Shown in pieces: positions 52,989-59,399 of a stretch of DNA of 59,399 nt; position 1 is the stretch's first letter; each line of letters starts with the position of its first letter. The DNA is taken from the NCBI GenBank assembly GCA_050247295.1, contig JBFWUJ010000003.1, positions 1-59,399 on the forward strand. Reading direction: 5' to 3'. The notes beneath the pieces are model-generated. The model had not been told where the DNA came from. It did no database searches and was given only the letters and a program-made list of their open reading frames with translations. Origin of the DNA: Sphingomonas sp. (GTDB taxonomy: Bacteria > Pseudomonadota > Alphaproteobacteria > Sphingomonadales > Sphingomonadaceae). A program made the translations under genes and the position numbers.

Positions 52989-53513
52989 ATGACCGCTGAC
53001 GACGCCGCTCTCTGCCGATTGATGCGCCTCGCACAGGACGGCGATCGCGAGGCCTATCGGACGCTGCTCCGGATGTGCCAGACGTGGCTCAAGGGCTATT
53101 TCGCACGCCGGTTGATGTCCTCGTCGCTCGACGATTTGGTGCAGGAGACGCTGCTTTCGGTCCATGCCAAGAGGGCGACCTACGACCCCCGGCGACCCTT
53201 CCTGCCGTGGCTGGCGGCGATCGCCCGCTATCGCTGGGTCGATCATCTCCGCGCCCATTATCGCGCGAACGAGGTCGAACTGGACGAGCAGACGGTAGCC
53301 GATCCGCAAAATCCGTCGATCGCGGCGCGGATAGGCCTGGACCGGCTGCTCAAGCTGTTGCCCGACAGCCAATCGGACGCGATCCGGCTGGTGAAGATCG
53401 AGGGGCTGAGCATCGCCGAGGCTTCCGACCGGACCGGCCAGTCGCAGCCATTGGTCAAGGTGAACATCCACCGCGGGCTGAAGAAGCTTGCGCAACATAT
53501 CGAACAGGACTGA
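52989..53513 (+). CDS. ECF sigma factor, SigF-like
   Basis: DDLVQETLLSVH..TYDPRRPFLPWL..IARYRWVD..VKVNIHRGLKKL. Confidence 0.9.
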   Translation: MTADDAALCRLMRLAQDGDREAYRTLLRMCQTWLKGYFARRLMSSSLDDLVQETLLSVHAKRATYDPRRPFLPWLAAIARYRWVDHLRAHYRANEVELDEQTVADPQNPSIAARIGLDRLLKLLPDSQSDAIRLVKIEGLSIAEASDRTGQSQPLVKVNIHRGLKKLAQHIEQD

Positions 53514-53517
53514 CGCG

Positions 53518-54156
53518 ATGGCTCCCTCCCTAGATCTCGATCGGCTGGCCGACGAACTCACGCCGGTCCGCCGCCTCCGCCCTGCCGGCGGCGCGCTGGC
53601 CGTGGCGGCAGCGACCGGCCTGGCGGCCGTCCTGACCTCTATTCTGATCGGCCCGCGCCCCGATCTGGCCGAAGGCGCCATCCATCCGATGTTCCTGATG
53701 CGCGCGGGACTGCTGTTCCTGCTCGGTGCCGCGAGCCTGGTCGCGGTGATCGGCATGGCTCGCCCGGCGGTCGGCAATCATCGCAACGACTGGCGCTGGG
53801 CGCTGGCGGCGGCCGCGCTGGCCCCGATGGCGGCGATCGTGATCGCCACGGCTGGCGGTCCGCCGCTGATCGAGCGCATCTATCCGTCCAACGGCGCGCA
53901 GTGCCTGCTGTTTACCCTGGGGGGAGCATTGGTGATCGGCGCGGCGCTGACCTTGTGGCTGCGCCACGGTGCGCCGACCTCGCCGGAGCGGGCCGGGCTG
54001 CTGGTCGGCCTCGCCTCGGGCAGCTTCGCCGCCTTCGCTTACAGCCTGCACTGCCCGCATAACGACCTGGTCTATATCGGCTTGTGGTACACGCTCGCCG
54101 TCGCCCTGGTGACCGCGCTCGGGCGGCTCGCAATCCCGCCGCTGATCCGCTGGTAA
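53518..54156 (+). CDS. nrsF: NrsF/DUF1109 family membrane anti-sigma factor
   Basis: Multi-TM; LRHGAPT, YSLHCP..WY; two Cys. Confidence 0.85.
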   Translation: MAPSLDLDRLADELTPVRRLRPAGGALAVAAATGLAAVLTSILIGPRPDLAEGAIHPMFLMRAGLLFLLGAASLVAVIGMARPAVGNHRNDWRWALAAAALAPMAAIVIATAGGPPLIERIYPSNGAQCLLFTLGGALVIGAALTLWLRHGAPTSPERAGLLVGLASGSFAAFAYSLHCPHNDLVYIGLWYTLAVALVTALGRLAIPPLIRW

Positions 54157-54226
54157 TCGGCGGCCCGGCCGCCATTTACAGCGGCAAGTCCCTCCGTTAG
54201 CCCGATCCGGTCGAGGAGCTTGAGGC

Positions 54227-56104
54227 ATGAAGTTCGCGGGCAAGATCTGGCGCTTGCTGGTCGGGATCAAGGACGGGCTCGTCCTCATCTTCATGCTGCT
54301 CTTCTTTGGCGGCCTCTACGCCTTGCTGTCGACCAGCCCTTATGACGACAGCGCCCGATCCGGCGCGCTCAGGCTCGATCTCAAAGGGTCGATCGTCGAG
54401 CAGCCGGCGCAACGCAGCGCTCTTGCCGCGCTGGGCGGCGGCCCGCTCGCCCGCGAATACCGCCTCGCCCAGCTCGTACGCTCGATCGACGCCGCCGCGA
54501 CCGACGAACGCATCCGGGCGATTGCACTCGATCTCGACAGCTTCATCGGTGGCGGGCAGACCGCGCTTGCCGATGTCGGCGCGGCGCTTGACCGCGCCCG
54601 CCGGGCCGGCAAGCGGGTGGTCGCCTTCGCCACCGGCTATGGCGACGATGGCTATCAGCTTGCGGTCCATGCCGACGAAATCTGGCTCGATCCGCTCGGC
54701 GCGGTGCTGATCGCCGGACCGGGCGGATCGAACCTCTATTATGCGCGGCTGCTGGAGCGGCTCGGGGTCACCGCCAATGTCTACCGCGTCGGCGCATTCA
54801 AGTCGGCGGTCGAGCCCTATACGCGCAACGACATGTCGCCGGAGGCGCGAGCCAATGCCCAGGCGCTCGCCGATGCGCTCTGGGGCAGCTGGCGGCAGCA
54901 TGTCACGCAGGCGCGGCCGCGGGCGCGGATCGCCGATTATGTCGCTGACCCCAACCGTTTCATTGAGGCCGCCGGCGGCAACATGGCGCGGGCCGCGATC
55001 GATGCCGGGCTGGTCGACCGGATCGGCGACCGGATCACCTTCGGCCGGCGGATGGCGGAGCTGGTCGGAACCGATCAGCAGGCCGTTCCGGGCAGCTATC
55101 GCGCCGTCCATCTCGACGCCTGGGCGGCCGACAATCCGGTCGGCGATCGGAGCGGCCAGATCGGCGTCCTCACCGTCGCCGGCACGATCATCGACGGTCA
55201 CGCCGCGCCCGGCACCGCCGGTGCGGAAACGATCGTCGACAATCTGGAGCGCGGCCTTCGCGAACGCACTCTGCGCGCGCTTGTCGTGCGGGTGGATTCG
55301 CCCGGTGGATCGACCCTCGCGTCCGAGCGAATCCGCCGGTCGATCGAAACGGTCCGCGCCCGCGGTATCCCGGTCGTCATCTCGATGGGCAATGTCGCGG
55401 CCTCCGGCGGCTATTGGATCGCCACCGCTGGCGATGCGATCTTCGCCGAGCCTTCGACGATTACCGGATCGATCGGTGTGTTCGGCGTGCTGCCGAGCTT
55501 CGAAGGCACGCTGCAGCGGATCGGCGTCGGCGCCGACGGTGTCCGCACCACCCCGCTATCCGGCGAACCGGATATCCTGCGCGGTCCGTCCGAACAGGTC
55601 GACCGTTTGCTGCAGGGTGGGGTCGAAAGCACCTATCGACGCTTCGTCATGCTGGTGTCGCGCGCCCGCCGGCTGCCGCCGCGCCGGGTGCACGAGATCG
55701 CGCAGGGCCGGGTCTGGGATGGCGGCTCAGCCCGTCAGCTCGGACTGGTGGACCGGTTCGGCACCCTCGGCGATGCCATCGCCGAGGCGGCCCGGCGCGC
55801 CAACCTTGAAGGAACCGCTGCGCAGCCGGTCTTCCTGCAGCCGGAGCCCGGCTTCTGGGCCTCGCTGTTCCAGGGGATGGCGGAGGGCGAGGAGCAGCAG
55901 GCCTCGCGCGATGCCTTCGCTCGCCTCGCGCGGCGACCGGAGATGCTGGTCGAGCAGGCGCTGGCCGAGGCGCAATCCTTGCTCGCCGGCCCGGCGATCC
56001 AGGCCCGCTGCCTCGAATGCCCGGCGGTCGCGCCGCCGCGCCGGACAGCCGGCGCCGTCGAGGCCTCGCTGTTCAGCCGGCTGCTCGCCCTGGTCTGGCG
56101 GTGA
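54227..56104 (+). CDS. sppA: signal peptide peptidase SppA (long type)
   Basis: FKSAVEPY, RVDSPGGS, SMGNVAASGGYWI, TGSIGVFG, AQGRVW. Confidence 0.95.
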   Translation: MKFAGKIWRLLVGIKDGLVLIFMLLFFGGLYALLSTSPYDDSARSGALRLDLKGSIVEQPAQRSALAALGGGPLAREYRLAQLVRSIDAAATDERIRAIALDLDSFIGGGQTALADVGAALDRARRAGKRVVAFATGYGDDGYQLAVHADEIWLDPLGAVLIAGPGGSNLYYARLLERLGVTANVYRVGAFKSAVEPYTRNDMSPEARANAQALADALWGSWRQHVTQARPRARIADYVADPNRFIEAAGGNMARAAIDAGLVDRIGDRITFGRRMAELVGTDQQAVPGSYRAVHLDAWAADNPVGDRSGQIGVLTVAGTIIDGHAAPGTAGAETIVDNLERGLRERTLRALVVRVDSPGGSTLASERIRRSIETVRARGIPVVISMGNVAASGGYWIATAGDAIFAEPSTITGSIGVFGVLPSFEGTLQRIGVGADGVRTTPLSGEPDILRGPSEQVDRLLQGGVESTYRRFVMLVSRARRLPPRRVHEIAQGRVWDGGSARQLGLVDRFGTLGDAIAEAARRANLEGTAAQPVFLQPEPGFWASLFQGMAEGEEQQASRDAFARLARRPEMLVEQALAEAQSLLAGPAIQARCLECPAVAPPRRTAGAVEASLFSRLLALVWR

Positions 56105-56649
56105 ACATAAGGCTCGCCGTCGCCGACGACGCGGCGGCGATCGCCGCGCTCTATGCGCCTTATGTGACGGCAAGCGCGGTATCGTTTGAAGGCCAGGCGC
56201 CGAGCAGTGAAGAAATGGCGGCCCGGATCGCGGCGGGCGGCGCCCTTTACCCATGGCTGATCGCCGAAGACGGGAATGGCGTCCTGCTCGGCTATGCCTC
56301 GGCCTGCGCCTTTCGCGCTCGCCACGCTTACCGCTTCGCGGTCGAGACCTCGGTCTATGTCGCACAGGACGGCCATCGCCGCGGAGTCGGCGGCGCCCTC
56401 TATGGCAAGCTGCTGCCGCTGGTCGAGGCGCAGGGCTTTACCCAGGCGATCGCCGCGGTGACGCTGCCGAACGAGGCGAGCGTGCGCCTGCACGAACGCT
56501 TCGGCTTCGTCCGCGCGGGCACCTATGAGAATGTCGGCTTCAAGTTCGGCCGGTGGCGCAGCGTCGGCCTTTGGCAGCGTCCGCTCAGCCGGCTCGCGGA
56601 AGTCCCGGAGGAGCCGCGGCCGTTCGCCGATCACTGGCGCGAAGGCTGA
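56101..56649 (+). CDS. GNAT acetyltransferase (PAT/YncA-like)
   Basis: VETSVYV...GVGGALY..LPNEASVRLHERFGF..GFKFGRW. GTG overlaps the sppA stop. Confidence 0.9.
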   Translation: MNIRLAVADDAAAIAALYAPYVTASAVSFEGQAPSSEEMAARIAAGGALYPWLIAEDGNGVLLGYASACAFRARHAYRFAVETSVYVAQDGHRRGVGGALYGKLLPLVEAQGFTQAIAAVTLPNEASVRLHERFGFVRAGTYENVGFKFGRWRSVGLWQRPLSRLAEVPEEPRPFADHWREG

Positions 56650-56694
56650 CCGCTCCGAAGGCTTTTGTTAACTATATTCGCCGATCAGGGCGGC

Positions 56695-57633
56695 ATGTCG
56701 GACAGCTTCTCCTTCTGGTGCGATGGCTCACGCGTGCGCTGGGCCTTCGCGGCCGCCTTCCTCGCCCTCGTGGGCGCGGCGCTCGTTGCCGCCGGCCTTT
56801 GGGTCACCGTCCCTGCGGTGCCGCAAACGGCTTTCGCTACCGCGACCCTGGCCGGGGTGGCCGGCAATTACCGGCGCGGCGCCCGCTCGCCGCGGCTTTC
56901 GGTGGTCGCCGAGGGCCTGCTGCTGCTGGTCGTCATCTTCGCCGCCGGCATCCTGCTAAGCTATGCCGCGGCGACGATTGGCCTCCCCTACCGCGATGCC
57001 GCCTTCGATGCCGCCGACCGGGCGCTGGGCTTCAATTGGCAGGCCTATGCCGCCTTCGTCGATTCCTCGCCGCCGCTCGCCACCGCCTACCGGCTCGCTT
57101 ATGCCAGCCTCATTCCCCAGCTCTTCATCCTTACCGTCGCGCTCGCCGCCGCGGGCAGGTTCGAGCGCCTGCACCGCTTCCTGATCGCGGTGGTGATCGC
57201 GCTCACCGTCACCTGCACCGCCTTCGCCTTGATGCCGGCCGTCTCGGTCTATGCTTATCTCCAGGTCCCGATCGACAGCTTCACTAACATTCATCCGATC
57301 AGCACCTTCCAGCATGTCGGGCCGATCGCCGGCCTGCGCGCCGGGGAGATTACCAGCATCTCGTTCGCCGACGTCCATGGGCTGATCACCTTCCCCAGCT
57401 TTCATGCGTGCGGGGCTGCCCTGCTTGCCTGGGGATTCTGGTCAATCCGGGTGCTGCGCTGGCCGTTCCTGATCCTCAACCTGTTGATGATCGGAGCGAC
57501 CCCGATCGACGGCGCCCATTATTTCGTCGACGTGATTGCCGGACTGGCCCTGGCGGGGCTGGCGGTCCTGATCGCCAACCGCCTGTCCCGGGTGCCGGAA
57601 AGCGCTTCAGCGCGGGTCGCCATAGCCGGGTAA
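56695..57633 (+). CDS. PAP2-superfamily membrane protein (PAP2_3 / Aur1-Ipt1-like)
   Basis: Multi-TM; D.ALGF, GLITFPSFHA, GAHYFVDVIAG. Confidence 0.8.
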   Translation: MSDSFSFWCDGSRVRWAFAAAFLALVGAALVAAGLWVTVPAVPQTAFATATLAGVAGNYRRGARSPRLSVVAEGLLLLVVIFAAGILLSYAAATIGLPYRDAAFDAADRALGFNWQAYAAFVDSSPPLATAYRLAYASLIPQLFILTVALAAAGRFERLHRFLIAVVIALTVTCTAFALMPAVSVYAYLQVPIDSFTNIHPISTFQHVGPIAGLRAGEITSISFADVHGLITFPSFHACGAALLAWGFWSIRVLRWPFLILNLLMIGATPIDGAHYFVDVIAGLALAGLAVLIANRLSRVPESASARVAIAG

Positions 57634-58242
57634 GGACCAGCCGCGAACGATCGCCGCACCGCGAAGCGCGAAGCCGAGCACGAAGGCTACAATCCCAGCA
57701 ACGCCGCCCGGCACGCCGAGCAACACCAGCCCGACCAGCGCCGCCGCAGACAGCGCCGCTGCGGTAACATAGAGCTCGCTTCTGAGCAGGATCGAGTCTT
57801 CGCCCGCCAGCAGATCGCGGATGATGCCGCCGACCACGCCGGTCACCACGCCCATCGCAAAGGCCGGCAGCGGCGCAAGGCCGAAGGCGAGGCCCTTCGC
57901 CGCGCCGAAGGCGGAGTAAGCGGCGAGCCCGGCCGCGTCGCACCAGAGCAGCGCCTTGCCCTTCCACACGCCGCTCGGCGCCAGCCAGGCGGCGAGCGCG
58001 GCGGCGAAGCAGATCAGCAAGGTCGCATTCTGATGCACCCAGAAAACCGGCGCGCCGATCAGCAGATCGCGCACCGTGCCGCCGCCGACGCCGGTGACGA
58101 CGGCGAAGAAGATGAAGGTGACGAACGTCTGCTTCTTCTCCGCCGCTAGCAGCGCCCCCGACAGCGCGAAGACGGCAATGCCGGCGAGGTTGAGAGCCTC
58201 GAGAAGGGGGCCGAGCGCGGCAGCGACTTGGACAGGCGGCAT
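57607..58242 (-). CDS. TRIC/UPF0126 (YadS-like) membrane protein
   Basis: Duplicated TGVGGGTVRDLL / TGVVGGIIRDLL motif. Confidence 0.9.
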   Translation of the reverse strand: MPPVQVAAALGPLLEALNLAGIAVFALSGALLAAEKKQTFVTFIFFAVVTGVGGGTVRDLLIGAPVFWVHQNATLLICFAAALAAWLAPSGVWKGKALLWCDAAGLAAYSAFGAAKGLAFGLAPLPAFAMGVVTGVVGGIIRDLLAGEDSILLRSELYVTAAALSAAALVGLVLLGVPGGVAGIVAFVLGFALRGAAIVRGWSLPGYGDPR

Positions 58243-58265
58243 CCACCGCCTTTAGCATGGCGGGC

Positions 58266-59399
58266 TCAGATGTGGATCGGCTTGCCGGTCACCGCCATCG
58301 CGGCTTCCTTGATCGCCTCCGAATGGGTCGGGTGGGCGTGGCAGGTGTAGGCGATGTCCTCGCTGGTGGCGCCGAACTCCATCGCCAGTGCCGCTTCGGC
58401 GATCATCGTGCCGGCGACGGAAGCGATGCACCACACGCCGAGCACGCGGTCGCTCTTCGCGTCGGCGATCACCTTCACGAAGCCATCGCCCTCATGATTG
58501 GTCTTGGCGCGGCTGTTCGCCATCATCGGAAACTTGCCGACCTTCACCTCATGGCCGGCCGCCTTCGCGTCATCCTCGGTCATGCCGACGCCGGCGATTT
58601 CCGGCATCGTGTAGACGACCGAGGGGATCACATCGTGGTTCACGATGCCGATCTGGCCGGCCAGGATCTCGGCAACCGCGATCCCCTCGTCCTCCGCCTT
58701 GTGGGCCAGCATCGGACCGGGCGTGACGTCGCCGATCGCGTGGATGCCGGCGACTTTGGTTCTGAAATCGTGATCGACTTCGATCTGGCCGCGCTGGTTC
58801 ACGGCAAGGCCCGCCTTGTCGAGGTCGAGCCCGTCCGTGTTCGGCCGGCGGCCGATCGAAACCAGCACCGCATCCGCCTCAACCGTCTCGGCCGCGCCGC
58901 CCTTGGCCGGCTCGACCGTGAGGGTGACGCCCTTGCCAGACGCCTTGGCGCTGGTGACCTTCGTCGAGAGCCTGAGCTCCATGCCCTGCTTCTTGAACAG
59001 CTTCGCGGCTTCCTTGCGGACCTCGCCGTCCATGCCGGGGAGGAGCTGATCGAGGAACTCGACGACGGTGACCTTCGCACCCAGCCGGCGCCAGACGCTG
59101 CCCAGCTCCAGCCCGATCACGCCGCCGCCGATCACCACCATGTGCCCCGGCACCCTGGGCAGCTCCAGCGCGCTGGTGGAATCCAGAATGCGTTTGTGGT
59201 CGATCTCGACGCCCGGCAGCGGCGTGACGCTCGAGCCGGTGGCGATGACGATATGTTTCGCCTTGTAGGTGGTGCCCCCGACGTCGATCGAATCCTTGCC
59301 GGTGAACTTCGCGTGGCCCTTCAGCCACTCGACCTTGTTCTTCTTGAACAGGAAGGCGATACCCTTGGTGAGCCCGTCGATCGCCTCCAGCCTTGTGCC
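58266..59399 (-). CDS. lpdA: dihydrolipoamide dehydrogenase (5' end outside the window)
   Basis: IGGGVIGLE, GPMLAHKAEDEG, HAHPTHSE. The frame continues to the window edge. Confidence 0.96.
   Translation of the reverse strand, partial: GTRLEAIDGLTKGIAFLFKKNKVEWLKGHAKFTGKDSIDVGGTTYKAKHIVIATGSSVTPLPGVEIDHKRILDSTSALELPRVPGHMVVIGGGVIGLELGSVWRRLGAKVTVVEFLDQLLPGMDGEVRKEAAKLFKKQGMELRLSTKVTSAKASGKGVTLTVEPAKGGAAETVEADAVLVSIGRRPNTDGLDLDKAGLAVNQRGQIEVDHDFRTKVAGIHAIGDVTPGPMLAHKAEDEGIAVAEILAGQIGIVNHDVIPSVVYTMPEIAGVGMTEDDAKAAGHEVKVGKFPMMANSRAKTNHEGDGFVKVIADAKSDRVLGVWCIASVAGTMIAEAALAMEFGATSEDIAYTCHAHPTHSEAIKEAAMAVTGKPIHI

Overview
A GC-rich alphaproteobacterial chromosomal segment, most likely from a sphingomonad (inferred from gene content and arrangement, not from a search). 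It is mostly core genome: the F1 ATP synthase operon atpHAGDC with an extra secreted-protein gene between atpG and atpD, an orphan cpaF/tadA, PHB depolymerase, an MsbA-like ABC exporter, tonB-exbB-exbD-exbD, folB with a pteridine-reductase-like SDR, DUF1285-Nudix-CCA, a GGDEF-EAL protein, parC, a GcvA-like LysR facing two small ORFs plus an alpha/beta hydrolase-kynU pair, purC, a CDF transporter, an M23 peptidase, purT, bcp, glnE, the general stress response (GSR) locus ecfG-phyR-nepR-phyP-like, a SahR-metF-split metH operon, groESL with CIRCE, a SigF/NrsF-type ECF pair, sppA, a GNAT, a PAP2 protein, a TRIC-family protein and a partial lpdA. I found no rRNA, tRNA, CRISPR array, transposase, integrase or prophage. 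The most interesting signal is an extended GSR module that the ORF track does not call correctly: a second NepR-like 56-aa ORF, a 44-aa single-TM ORF and a 177-aa hypothetical, each behind an EcfG-type GGAAC/GCAAC-N16/17-CGTT promoter, plus a self-overlapping bidirectional promoter between phyR and nepR and a sensor 'kinase' with a degenerate ATP-binding domain. All family calls come from motif recognition by eye; no database search was run.
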